From NCBI GenBank assembly GCA_964344555.1, contig CAYFNK010000002.1, forward strand, positions 1,498 through 65,497: a stretch of DNA of 64,000 nucleotides, read 5' to 3'. Below, one piece after another: positions 27,485-36,770 of the stretch (its first letter is position 1; every line of letters starts with the position of its first letter). The notes under the pieces are model-generated. The model worked only from the letters and a program-made list of their open reading frames with translations. It had not been told where the DNA came from and made no database searches. Source of the DNA: Candidatus Woesearchaeota archaeon (GTDB taxonomy: Archaea; Nanobdellota; Nanobdellia; SCGC-AAA011-G17; PNOQ01). The position numbers and the translations under genes are program-made.

Positions 27485-27672
27485 ATTTAACACAATATGA
27501 AAAAGCAAGAATAATTGGCGCTAGATCATTACAAATAGCTATGGGTGCTCCTATTTTAGTTAAACTTAGCAAAAAAGATTATGAAAAGATAAATTATAAT
27601 CCAATAAAAATAGCTAAGAAAGAATTAGATGAAGGAGTTTTGCCTATTACTATTAAAAAACCTATGCCTTAG
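27481..27672 (+). CDS. rpoK: DNA-directed RNA polymerase subunit K (Rpo6)
   Basis: LTQYEKARIIGARSLQIAMGAPILV. It overlaps rrp42 by 4 nt. Confidence 0.85.
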   Translation: MNLTQYEKARIIGARSLQIAMGAPILVKLSKKDYEKINYNPIKIAKKELDEGVLPITIKKPMP

Positions 27673-27797
27673 ATGTTAAAATGGAACTTAAAAGTTGAAT
27701 TATATATGATCCAGGTTCAAGTAAGTGCGCTATAACCGGCACTAAACCTTTTGAGCTTAATTTATCTGAAGTTTGTAGAAAAGACTTTGATGAGTAT

Positions 27798-28025
27798 TTG
27801 GCAAATAAACATTCTTTAGAAAAAGGATTATATAAACTTGTAGATGTTGTTTCTGATGTAAATGAATTTTGTGAAAAAACAGATTATAGAGTAAATATTC
27901 AATCTTTAAATGAAAAAAATGACTATGGACTTACTGGTTGTGAAAAAATTATAATAAATGAGATTGTACCAAGACCAATTAGACATATTTACGATATTGA
28001 AAATTTGTTAGATCCTTTCTCCTAG
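27798..28025 (+). CDS. Hypothetical protein, possibly 5'-truncated
   Basis: TTG start. The frame stays open upstream to 27699 with no ATG, GTG or TTG. Confidence 0.3.
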   Translation: MANKHSLEKGLYKLVDVVSDVNEFCEKTDYRVNIQSLNEKNDYGLTGCEKIIINEIVPRPIRHIYDIENLLDPFS

Positions 28026-28982
28026 AATTTCTTTTTTCCTTCTTGGAAATTTAATTTTTGTTTGTTCTACTTCTGGTTTCTTTGTATTCTTTCCATCAAA
28101 TAAACTTGGTTGTTGAATTTCTCCATTAGTTTTTGGTTCTTGTTCTACTGTATCTCTGTAACAAGATTGGTTGTGTAAGCAGTATCTACAATGGTTTCCT
28201 CTTCTAATACTAAAATCTCCACTATCTATTGCTTTTTGAGATCTATCTATCGCGTCTGTTAATTCTCTGTAGTTTGTGTTGTTTCTGTGAGCTCTGAACG
28301 TTTCTCCAGTCAGCATGTGATGATGTTCTACAATTATGTCTTCTAGAATATAGGATTTTTTTGCTCTTTCTAGCTGTTCACCAGTCATCCCTATTTCTTT
28401 TCTGAATTTTTCATTTTGTTTAGCTATGGATGTAACTGCTAATGCATAAATTGTAAATTGATGATTTGTATGTAAATGGATGTCTGGACTTTCTTCTGAT
28501 TCATGAGGCTTTCTATATCCAGATTTGTGATCTCTTATAACTAAGTCCTTTCTTATTTCATCTATGAATCCTGTGTATAGTCTACCCTCTAAATGGAATT
28601 GAAACGGATATTCTGCAAATATTGGAGGTTCTTCTTTTGAATACTTTTCATATAGAGTTTTACAAACTTCTCCTATCATATGTTTTAATCTATAAGGCTC
28701 TGTATCGTCTTTCCATTTTATTTCTTGACCCCTTACTTTCCCAGTATTTATATTAAATCTTTGCCACGTTGCCATTGCTGCATTGGCAAATGATTCTGCT
28801 GACTTGTATTTTGGAGTTCCATCCTTTTTGTAAAATTTTTCTGCTTTTTTGTGTAAGAGAATTCCTGCTGCCATTACTCCTATGCTTGGAAATTTTTCCT
28901 TAGAAAGATATTGATAATAATAAGCTTTTTTGCAAATTTCTATTTTGTCTAATCTTGATGCGCTCCAAAAAATTGGTTTCAT
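28008..28982 (-). CDS. PD-(D/E)xK nuclease of the Cas4/RecB-exonuclease type with a 4-Cys cluster
   Basis: GFIDEIRKDLVIRDHKSG (D..DxK core) and QFTIYALAV (QhxxY). One N-terminal Cys (EICKK) plus C-terminal CRYCLHNQSC, giving the C..CxxCx5C pattern. Confidence 0.65.
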   Translation of the reverse strand: MKPIFWSASRLDKIEICKKAYYYQYLSKEKFPSIGVMAAGILLHKKAEKFYKKDGTPKYKSAESFANAAMATWQRFNINTGKVRGQEIKWKDDTEPYRLKHMIGEVCKTLYEKYSKEEPPIFAEYPFQFHLEGRLYTGFIDEIRKDLVIRDHKSGYRKPHESEESPDIHLHTNHQFTIYALAVTSIAKQNEKFRKEIGMTGEQLERAKKSYILEDIIVEHHHMLTGETFRAHRNNTNYRELTDAIDRSQKAIDSGDFSIRRGNHCRYCLHNQSCYRDTVEQEPKTNGEIQQPSLFDGKNTKKPEVEQTKIKFPRRKKEILGERI

Positions 28983-29008
28983 AAAAAAAGAGAATTGAAA
29001 TTAACTTA

Positions 29009-29317
29009 TTAATTTATTGGGGTTATGTCTATTGAGCTTATTACTCCTAGATTTGTTATATCTAGATTGAATGAGTTTCTCCCTAAGATAAGATTTTCTT
29101 CTAATGTTTTTGTATTTTCAGAACCAATAATATCTATCTCTACTTTCATATTTTTAAATTCGTTATCTATTAAAACTGAAAGTAAGTTTTCTTCTGTGTT
29201 GAACTCATAAGTTATCATTCCAGTAGTTCCTACATTCATTTTATTTGAAGTTGTTAGAACCATCAATAGTAAGAATAAAGATACTATAATTAATATTACT
29301 CCTACTGTTTTTTTCAT
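29009..29317 (-). CDS. Small secreted/membrane-anchored protein
   Basis: N-terminal TM VGVILIIVSLFLLLMVL; ORF only. Confidence 0.4.
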   Translation of the reverse strand: MKKTVGVILIIVSLFLLLMVLTTSNKMNVGTTGMITYEFNTEENLLSVLIDNEFKNMKVEIDIIGSENTKTLEENLILGRNSFNLDITNLGVISSIDITPIN

Positions 29318-29544
29318 TTTAGCATTATGTGGACAAACTTTGTATCGAAGCCTTTATCATAGGCTCTTAGTAAGTCTCCTGAGTCTATGTAAAAGGATAA
29401 ATCTATTTCCTTGGATTCTAGATGGTATATATATCTCCATCTATTAAAGAGCTTGTATCTGTGCTCTTCATCTACCCCTTCATAGACTCCTCGTCCATTG
29501 ATTAAGTCTACTAGTTTTTTTGGTTTTTTCAAGGCTGTGCCCAT
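29314..29544 (-). CDS. Hypothetical protein (76 aa)
   Basis: A 4-nt overlap with the downstream ORF; no motif recognised. Confidence 0.4.
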   Translation of the reverse strand: MGTALKKPKKLVDLINGRGVYEGVDEEHRYKLFNRWRYIYHLESKEIDLSFYIDSGDLLRAYDKGFDTKFVHIMLK

Positions 29545-29602
29545 TGTTTCCTCTAGTAAGTATTTGTTACTTAGGAGTAATAATTTTGTCTTATAAGAGT
29601 TT

Positions 29603-29731
29603 CTATTTGTAGCCTAGATAACCCAACATAAACCCTTCTTCTTCCGCTGAAATTTCATCATTTTCTTCCAACTCGTCCAAAAACATTTCATCGTAAATGT
29701 CTTTTTCTTCCAAAAGGTTTTCTTCTTGCAT
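29603..29731 (-). CDS. Small acidic protein (42 aa) with DEISAEEEGFMLGY motif, not in the ORF track
   Basis: MQEENLLEEKDIYDEMFLDELEENDEISAEEEGFMLGYLGYK. A GAGGTGG Shine-Dalgarno-like sequence lies 7 nt upstream. A paralog sits at 47833-47976. Confidence 0.5.
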   Translation of the reverse strand: MQEENLLEEKDIYDEMFLDELEENDEISAEEEGFMLGYLGYK

Positions 29732-29960
29732 ATTTTTCCACCTCGTTAGTTTTAACCTTTGAAATAGAAAATTGATTAGAACCTAAAATATGATAGAACA
29801 TCTCCCTACTCATCATAAATTTAGGCCCTGAACCAAAAATCTATAATGCGCAAGGTTTATTTGTTGTGAATCTCACTAGTAAGATCTTAGAAATTACATT
29901 TCCCATCTTAATAGTTTGACTCATTATTCTATTTATAGTATAACTTCTATATAAATATTA

Positions 29961-30167
29961 TTATTGTCTATTCTTTAATTCTTTTGGTAAATTTAGATAA
30001 TCTTCTAAAGTTATTTCTAAAGTGCAATTAGAATCTATATTATAATTTTTAATTTCTTTGTTAGTATTTATGTAGTTTGTTAGTTCTTCCGGATTTTGAA
30101 AATGTTTAACTGCTAAGAACTCATCTTCTTCTTTTAAATACCAATCTCCTTTGTAAGAATTATTCAT
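29961..30167 (-). CDS. Hypothetical protein (68 aa)
   Basis: ORF only. Confidence 0.35.
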   Translation of the reverse strand: MNNSYKGDWYLKEEDEFLAVKHFQNPEELTNYINTNKEIKNYNIDSNCTLEITLEDYLNLPKELKNRQ

Positions 30168-30201
30168 AATTTTAAGTAATAGAATTAATATTTAAAATTT
30201 A

Positions 30202-30591
30202 TTAAAGAAAGAATAGCTCGTAAAGAGCCCATAGTAAAAGTATTACCCAAATTGTTGTTGATAACCATGCTCTTTTTAATATTCCCTTTCGTTTGTATAC
30301 TTTTTCTGCAAAAGCAAGTATATCTTTACTATATGGGGCTATTCCGGCTAACATAATTGCTGATAAGAAGAACATAACTGCAAATATTTGTACAATTGAC
30401 ATAACTTGTAATAGATAATATAATGATCCTGCTGCTAAAACTAAACCTATTATTTCCATCCAACAAGAACTATACATTGGTTTTACAACTTCTTTGAACC
30501 AAATCCTTGGATTCTTGAAAATTACTAAAACTTTTATTATGGTTAGAGCTATGATAATAAATGCTAGTGTTTCTATAGCTGTAAATGCCAT
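30202..30591 (-). CDS. Integral membrane protein (4 TM)
   Basis: Four hydrophobic helices; no motif recognised. Confidence 0.5.
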   Translation of the reverse strand: MAFTAIETLAFIIIALTIIKVLVIFKNPRIWFKEVVKPMYSSCWMEIIGLVLAAGSLYYLLQVMSIVQIFAVMFFLSAIMLAGIAPYSKDILAFAEKVYKRKGILKRAWLSTTIWVILLLWALYELFFL

Positions 30592-30669
30592 GAGTAATTT
30601 TTATTTTAGAAATATATAAATCTTTCTTTCAAAATATTAATAAAGTTTAACTTTATCCTATTTCATAAG

Positions 30670-30960
30670 ATGGTAAGAATTATAGATAAAAGTTTAGATG
30701 AAAAATTGAGACATGAAAATTTTGATAAATTTATTGATGTTGCTGCAGAAGTTACTGGACAAGATCCAGCTTTTATGAGAGAAAATTCAGTTTTTGATCA
30801 TTCTTTTTTGATATATTCTAAAGGTATGCACGTATATCCTGGAGAAAAAGAAGTTGTAGTTTATGGTGATGAAAACTTTGATGTTGCTAAAACTTTGGCT
30901 GAAAGATATGAAACTATGACTAATGAAGAATTTACCTTAACTAAGAAGTATAAAGTATAG
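30670..30960 (+). CDS. Hypothetical protein (96 aa)
   Basis: ORF only. Confidence 0.4.
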   Translation: MVRIIDKSLDEKLRHENFDKFIDVAAEVTGQDPAFMRENSVFDHSFLIYSKGMHVYPGEKEVVVYGDENFDVAKTLAERYETMTNEEFTLTKKYKV

Positions 30961-30970
30961 GACGAGTTAT

Positions 30971-31174
30971 ATGAATCTTGATGACGAAGTTAAAAGATAT
31001 ACTTTCTATGCCGATATGTGTAATATGTATGAAAGTAGAATAAGATACTACAAGGAAAATGTTGGTAAGAGAACAGAATTTGATACAGAAATAAGTGAAA
31101 ATTTAATAGAAACTTTTGAAAGGGGTTATGAATCTTTTAAGGAGAGACATAAATATCTTAGACCAAAAGATTAA
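30971..31174 (+). CDS. Hypothetical protein (67 aa); its last 31 nt lie in a 65-bp direct repeat
   Basis: ORF only. The C-terminal ..ERHKYLRPKD is duplicated at 34227-34259. Confidence 0.4.
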   Translation: MNLDDEVKRYTFYADMCNMYESRIRYYKENVGKRTEFDTEISENLIETFERGYESFKERHKYLRPKD

Positions 31175-31208
31175 TTATTCAAGTTTGCTGTTGTATCATT
31201 TTCAGATA
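31144..31208. repeat. 65-bp perfect direct repeat, copy 1
   Basis: gagacataaatatcttagaccaaaagattaattattcaagtttgctgttgtatcattttcagata is identical base for base to 34227-34291. Confidence 0.95.
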
Positions 31209-31295
31209 CTACCTATTTTATGATTTCACCAACTCAAATTCTAGAAAAGTTTAATAATCTTATCTTCAATTTAATTTTAACAAGGCTAATAGATA

Positions 31296-31610
31296 ATGGC
31301 AAAAGTAAAAAAAATAGAAGTGCTATCCTTTACAAAATTGCATACTGTACTTGGGGCACTTATAGGTTTGATTCTTGGAATATTATATTCGTTTGGAGGA
31401 TTATTAATTGATACATTAGTAACCCTTGGCTGGATAACGTCCCAAGAGACGCCAGGTTTAAGTTATGGTACGGTACTCGCATTTGGAGCCCTCATAGGTA
31501 TGCCAATTATTTTTGCATTGTTTGGGCTTATAATAGGATTCATTGAAGCCCTTCTTTATAATCTATTTGCAAGATGGTTTGGTGGAATAAAAATAAATTT
31601 TAAACAATAG
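31296..31610 (+). CDS. Small membrane protein (3 TM)
   Basis: Gly-rich hydrophobic helices. Preferred over the overlapping 31220-31411 ORF. Confidence 0.5.
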   Translation: MAKVKKIEVLSFTKLHTVLGALIGLILGILYSFGGLLIDTLVTLGWITSQETPGLSYGTVLAFGALIGMPIIFALFGLIIGFIEALLYNLFARWFGGIKINFKQ

Positions 31611-31826
31611 TGTGTAACGGCCGACTTAAAAAACTTTGAATTTTTCGGATGAACCAAATAGCTCCCTTTAACGTTACAATGTAACTGAAAGGAAAGCCTT
31701 ATATATAGTCCTTGAGGCCTAAACTTAGAGTATTATTTATTAGATGAGAGAGAGCATTTGAATCACCATTTCGCTTTTTCTAAAAAATATTATAATATTA
31801 CAAATTAACATGAGGTATAAAATAAA

Positions 31827-33125
31827 ATGTTTAATGAATTAGGGTTAAGTAAAGAACTATTTTCTTCAATAGAGAATTTGAAGTTTACTGAACCTACAGA
31901 AATACAAAAGAAAGCAATTCCGCATATTGTGAAAGGAAAGGATGTTATTGGAGCGTCAGCAACTGGATCTGGTAAAACTTTGGCTTTTGGTTGTGGGATT
32001 GTAGAGAATACATTACCAAGAAATGGTTTACAGTCTTTGGTTTTAGTTCCAACTAGAGAGTTAGCTGAACAAGTAAAAGATTCTTTAGATCAATTAACCT
32101 ATGGTAAAAATATAGAAGTTATTGCTGTTTATGGGGGAGTTTCAATCAATCCCCAAATTAGGAAACTACGTAAATCTGAAGTTGTTGTTGCAACTCCTGG
32201 AAGATTGTTAGACCATTTAGACAGAAAGACTGTTGATCTTTCTAATGTTAGTATATTAGTTATGGATGAAGCAGATAGAATGTTTGATATGGGTTTTATT
32301 GAGGATGTTGAAAAAATTATACAAAAATGTCCTGAAAAGAAACAGTCTTTGTTTTTTTCAGCAACACTTTCAAGTGAAATAAATTACTTGTCTAAGAAAT
32401 ATATGACAGATCCTGTTGTTGTTTCTGCAGTAAAACATGTTGATCCAAGTAAGTTGAAGCAAGTTTACTACGATATTTCAAAGAATAAGAAATTGAGTTT
32501 GATTATTCATTTGTTGAAGAAGGATAAAGGTGGACAAGCCATGGTTTTCTGTAATACTAGAAGAACCACTGATTTTGTGGTTAAGAATCTGAAGAATTAT
32601 GGAATTAAGGCTACATCTCTTCATGGAGGACTAACTCAGAATAGAAGAACCGGCGTTATAAAATCTTTTGATCGTGGAGAAATATTTGCTTTGGTTTGTA
32701 CTGATGTTGCAGCTAGAGGACTACACATAGATAATGTTTCTCACGTTTATAATTATGAGATTCCTTTAGATTCAAAAGATTATGTCCATAGAATTGGTAG
32801 AACTGCAAGAGCAGGTGAAGAAGGAGAAGCTATTAACTTATTATCTAATAATGATTTTGATAATTTTTCAAGAGTTATGAATGATCATCGTGATTTTAAG
32901 ATTACTAAGGTTGAAACTCCTCTGTTGGAAGATGTGAAAGCAGTTAAGGTTGAGAGAAAGTTTAAAGGTAAGCCTTCTTTTAGAAAAAAATCTTTTGGTA
33001 AACTGTCTTTTAATGGTAAGAAACCTTTTAGAAAGTTTAATGGTAAACCTAATTGGAAAAAGAAGAGTAATGGAAATAGATTTTCTGGACCTAAAAGAAA
33101 TTCTCCTAGAGTTGTAGCTTATTAG
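31827..33125 (+). CDS. DEAD-box ATP-dependent RNA helicase with a basic C-terminal tail
   Basis: Q motif (FTEPTEIQ), ATGSGKT, DEAD, SAT, HRIGRTARAG. A GAGGT sequence lies upstream of the ATG. Confidence 0.9.
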   Translation: MFNELGLSKELFSSIENLKFTEPTEIQKKAIPHIVKGKDVIGASATGSGKTLAFGCGIVENTLPRNGLQSLVLVPTRELAEQVKDSLDQLTYGKNIEVIAVYGGVSINPQIRKLRKSEVVVATPGRLLDHLDRKTVDLSNVSILVMDEADRMFDMGFIEDVEKIIQKCPEKKQSLFFSATLSSEINYLSKKYMTDPVVVSAVKHVDPSKLKQVYYDISKNKKLSLIIHLLKKDKGGQAMVFCNTRRTTDFVVKNLKNYGIKATSLHGGLTQNRRTGVIKSFDRGEIFALVCTDVAARGLHIDNVSHVYNYEIPLDSKDYVHRIGRTARAGEEGEAINLLSNNDFDNFSRVMNDHRDFKITKVETPLLEDVKAVKVERKFKGKPSFRKKSFGKLSFNGKKPFRKFNGKPNWKKKSNGNRFSGPKRNSPRVVAY

Positions 33126-33442
33126 TTAAGAATCTCTAAGAATAGAGGGCCGTCTGTTCCTCTTTCTGTATTTTTTATCTTTTCTACATAAGGTTTGGTT
33201 TGATTTAATTTGTAAAGTTGAGTTAGTAAATCACTTATTTTTTCTTTTTTTGACCATGCTTTGTATTTGTGTGGAATTTTGTCTAGGTTTCCTTCTCTTT
33301 TTATTTTAGCGTATAATCCTCTGTTTGCTTTTTGCAATTGCCCCCTAGTAAGATTATAGTAATGTCTGTTGTAAATATCTAGGCCGCAAGTATAGTCCGG
33401 ATTGTCTTTAACTTTTGACCACTTGATTTTGTTTTCTAACAT
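33122..33442 (-). CDS. Hypothetical protein (106 aa)
   Basis: ORF only. Confidence 0.4.
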   Translation of the reverse strand: MLENKIKWSKVKDNPDYTCGLDIYNRHYYNLTRGQLQKANRGLYAKIKREGNLDKIPHKYKAWSKKEKISDLLTQLYKLNQTKPYVEKIKNTERGTDGPLFLEILN

Positions 33443-33479
33443 GTTAAAAATAGCTTGAATTATAGTATATAAATTTTAT

Positions 33480-34052
33480 TTATTTTAATTTCTTTATTTT
33501 ATTATATCTAAAACAACTTTGTTCATGATCATTAACTAGGCCTGCTGCTTGTAAAAATGCATAAATAATTGTCGTACCAACAAAGTTCATTCCTCTTTTC
33601 TTTAGATCTGTAGATATTGAATCTGATAATTTAGTACTTGTTGGAAGATCTTTCATTTCTTTGATGTTATTTTGTATTGGTTTGTTATTAATGTATTTCC
33701 AAAGATATTTGTCGAAACTTCCAAATTCCTTTTGAATTTCTATGAATACTTTAGCGTTTTTTATTGCTGAATTTATTTTTAGTTTGTTTCTTATTATTCC
33801 TTTGTTGTTTAATAGTTCTTTTACTTTGTTTTTGTTGTATTTTGATACTTTATTTACGTTGAAATTGTCAAATGCTTTTCTGTAATTTTCTCTTTTCTTT
33901 AAAACAGTAAGCCAAGATAAACCTGCTTGTGCCCCCTCAAGAATTAACATTTCAAAAAATAGTCTGTCGTCATTAACAGGAACTCCCCATTCTTTATCGT
34001 GATAAGATTTGTAGAGATCTCCTTCATTAGTTACCCATTCACAACGATTCAT
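33480..34052 (-). CDS. tag: DNA-3-methyladenine glycosylase I
   Basis: RCEWV, YHDKEWGVPVNDDRLFFEMLILEGAQAGLSWLTVLKKRENYRKAF. Confidence 0.85.
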   Translation of the reverse strand: MNRCEWVTNEGDLYKSYHDKEWGVPVNDDRLFFEMLILEGAQAGLSWLTVLKKRENYRKAFDNFNVNKVSKYNKNKVKELLNNKGIIRNKLKINSAIKNAKVFIEIQKEFGSFDKYLWKYINNKPIQNNIKEMKDLPTSTKLSDSISTDLKKRGMNFVGTTIIYAFLQAAGLVNDHEQSCFRYNKIKKLK

Positions 34053-34226
34053 GATTAAGTTTACTTAGAATTGTTTAAAAGATTACCTAAAAGAATATTT
34101 CTCTTAATACCCAAGCAGCTATTACAAACCAGATTATCCAGTCAAACATTATTTTTGCGTTTGGATTTTTTCCTTTGAATTGACCAATGTATGTTTTCAT
34201 TACTTTTGGATAATGTGTAAGAGTAT

Positions 34227-34291
34227 GAGACATAAATATCTTAGACCAAAAGATTAATTATTCAAGTTTGCTGTTGTATCATTTTCAGATA
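34227..34291. repeat. 65-bp perfect direct repeat, copy 2
   Basis: Identical to 31144-31208. The flanks diverge immediately on both sides. Confidence 0.95.
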
Positions 34292-34342
34292 GATTTTTAA
34301 ATATAATAATCATCCATTAAATATACAAAAATTAAAAATACA

Positions 34343-34585
34343 ATGCATTGGATAAGAATTTTTAGACCAAAATCAGCAATAGTTATTACTTTAGCTGGAA
34401 TTCCATTTGCGACACTTTTCTTTTGGTTCTATGTATTTGGTATGTGTTTCAGTTGCGTAGGAGATTGTTCAATTTGTTTCACTTTAGAAAAATTTATTAC
34501 AATTATGTTAATAATCTCCTTATTAATTTATGGATATCTCTTTATTTGCCTTATTGTACGTTTAATTTATAGAAAGAGTAAATAA
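34343..34585 (+). CDS. Small Cys-containing membrane protein (80 aa)
   Basis: Three hydrophobic segments and a CFSCVGDCSIC cluster; ORF only. Confidence 0.4.
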   Translation: MHWIRIFRPKSAIVITLAGIPFATLFFWFYVFGMCFSCVGDCSICFTLEKFITIMLIISLLIYGYLFICLIVRLIYRKSK

Positions 34586-34619
34586 GATTTTACCTAGGAG
34601 CATCAGCCTGCCTTTCAAT

Positions 34620-36671
34620 CTATCCAATAAAACTTACATGGTTTTTCTTATTCAACTTTATTATATTCTCAACAAAAGATTCTATCTTATTCTCATGACT
34701 AACTAATATTACTTGTTTTATATCTAAAGATTCTAATACTATTCTTAATCTATCCAACTGGGCTTCTGAAAAACCATCTGTAGGTTCATCTAGAATAATT
34801 AAATCCTTAGTTCTAATAGAAGTCATCAGATTATTAATAACTTGATTTAAAGCTAAACGATAAGCTAAAGCAGCAGCAGTCTTCTCTCCACCAGATAAAT
34901 GTAAGTAATCAATATCATAACCATTTTGTTCTATAACTGGAGTAAAACTTTCATCTATCCTAATCTTCAACAACTCATTATCAATAAGAATATCAAACCA
35001 ATCTCTAAATAACTTATCAAAGTCAGAAAACGCCTTCAACATTATCTTCTTCTCAATTACTTCCATCAAATTAACAAATTCTTTCTCTAAAAAGAACTGT
35101 AAATCTATTAATTTAACAATATTTAGTTTAATTCTTTCCTTCTTTATTATTTCCTTATCTAAAGAGTTAACAAATTCCTTATTAGAACTTATATCTCTTT
35201 CAAAACCAACTTTTTCTGATTCTATTTTTCTTAATTCTTCTAGTAAACTATCTAGTTCTAGTTTTAATTTAGAATAAACTTCATTTAGATTATTAAATTC
35301 TAGAACTTCCTTGTTTAAAGATTCTAATTCTAGTTTTAAGTTTTCAACTTCTTTGGAGATTAAGACATTTTCTTCTTCTAGTTTTGCTTTTCTTAACTTT
35401 TTTTCTTCAAATGACTTCAACTTTAATTTTATTAATTCGATTTCTCTTTCTTTTTCCCTAAGTGCTTCTAATTCTTTATTTAAGTTTTCTAAGCTTTCTT
35501 CTTTTAATTGTAAACCTGAACTAAAATTCTTCAAATTATTTTCTGCTTCTAAAACTATCTTATCTTGTTCAGAAAAAACTCCTGATTTGTATTCATCTCC
35601 AACTAGTTGCTTACAAGTAGGACAAACATCTAAGTTGTGAAATTTTCCTTTAATATCTTTAGCGTGTTCAATTTTAATTTCATAAGTTCTAATTGTGTTT
35701 TTTATTGCGTCTAGTTTTTTAGTTGAACTAGAAATCTCTTCTTTTTTGGATTCAATTTGTTTAATTAATTCTTCAGAATTTGGAACTTCTTTGATTTCTG
35801 TATTTTTTATTTCTTCTTCTAAATTGTTAGCTTCATTCTTATTCCTTTCAATTTGAGATAAGTTTGATTCTAGTTTAGTATTTTTAACAGAAATTTTTGT
35901 TTTTATTTCATTTAGTTTTGTTATCTTGTCTTCAATTAACTTAATCTCTTCTTTTTTAGAATTAATTTTCTTATTAGATTCTTCATGTAATGGTAAAATC
36001 TTAGATAAGGATTCTTCTAAGTTTTTTATTTTAGTTAAAAACTCTTCTTTAGAACTTTTCTTTTCTTCTAAATCAGAGACCCTTCCTGTAAATTCTTTAA
36101 CTTTTAATTTTATCTTAGAAACAAAAAACTTTGTGTTATTAATTATTGTTTTATACTTTTCAATTCCAAAAACTCTTCTTAGAATGTCTAACCTTTCTGA
36201 AGGATTTTCTAGTAAAATATGTTTCATCTCTTCTTGAGGAGTATAAACTGTATATCTGTAGATTAAATCTTTACTTTTAGTTAGAACTTCTTGTGGGTAA
36301 TTTAGTAGGTTTATTATTTCTTGTTTTAGTTCTACTGTGCTTAGATCTTTTCTTTCTCCATCTATTTCTATATGTCCTGCATCTTGAGCTATTGATTTTT
36401 TTCCTCTTGAGAGATTTCTTTGAATTCTTATGTTTTTGTTTTTTATTTCGAAGTTTAGTTCTACTGAACCTTTATCTTCTCCATTTCTTAGTAAAGAGGC
36501 TCCTGAGAGATTTGTTCTTCTTGTTCCAAATAGTGCAAATTCTGTAGCTAGTAGAATTGTTGATTTACCTGACCCTATGTCTCCGCTTAGTAAGGTAGAA
36601 CCAGTTGGGAAGTTAATTTCTGCGTTTTCATAACTTCTTATGTTGTTTAGTTTGATAGTCTTAAGTAGCAT
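34620..36671 (-). CDS. rad50: DNA double-strand break repair ATPase Rad50 (short coiled coil)
   Basis: Walker A GDIGSGKST, long Lys/Glu coiled coil, zinc hook CPTC, signature LSGGEK, Walker B LIILDEPT. Confidence 0.9.
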   Translation of the reverse strand: MLLKTIKLNNIRSYENAEINFPTGSTLLSGDIGSGKSTILLATEFALFGTRRTNLSGASLLRNGEDKGSVELNFEIKNKNIRIQRNLSRGKKSIAQDAGHIEIDGERKDLSTVELKQEIINLLNYPQEVLTKSKDLIYRYTVYTPQEEMKHILLENPSERLDILRRVFGIEKYKTIINNTKFFVSKIKLKVKEFTGRVSDLEEKKSSKEEFLTKIKNLEESLSKILPLHEESNKKINSKKEEIKLIEDKITKLNEIKTKISVKNTKLESNLSQIERNKNEANNLEEEIKNTEIKEVPNSEELIKQIESKKEEISSSTKKLDAIKNTIRTYEIKIEHAKDIKGKFHNLDVCPTCKQLVGDEYKSGVFSEQDKIVLEAENNLKNFSSGLQLKEESLENLNKELEALREKEREIELIKLKLKSFEEKKLRKAKLEEENVLISKEVENLKLELESLNKEVLEFNNLNEVYSKLKLELDSLLEELRKIESEKVGFERDISSNKEFVNSLDKEIIKKERIKLNIVKLIDLQFFLEKEFVNLMEVIEKKIMLKAFSDFDKLFRDWFDILIDNELLKIRIDESFTPVIEQNGYDIDYLHLSGGEKTAAALAYRLALNQVINNLMTSIRTKDLIILDEPTDGFSEAQLDRLRIVLESLDIKQVILVSHENKIESFVENIIKLNKKNHVSFIG

Positions 36672-36721
36672 GTAAGGTAGAATGATAGAAAGTATTTATT
36701 GTTTTTGTTAGAATAGTTAGT

Positions 36722-36729
36722 TTTATATA
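36722..36729 (+). promoter_or_regulatory. Putative TATA box for the precursor-peptide operon
   Basis: TTTATATA lies 42 nt upstream of the ATG at 36771. An AGAGGG ribosome-binding-like sequence is at 36760-36765. Confidence 0.3.
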
Positions 36730-36770
36730 TTTTGACTACGTTATTAACTAAAACTCCAAGAGGGAATAAA

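Noticed and set aside
31220-31411. 63-aa ORF overlapping the 31296-31610 membrane protein in another frame
   Set aside because: The longer ORF has clean TM helices. The short one has no features and would overlap it by 116 nt on the same strand.
35311-36633. Plus-strand ORFs inside rad50 (35311-35640, 35926-36237, 36293-36547, 36430-36633)
   Set aside because: They are antisense artefacts of the AAR/GAA-rich coiled-coil coding region. rad50 has unambiguous motifs on the minus strand.
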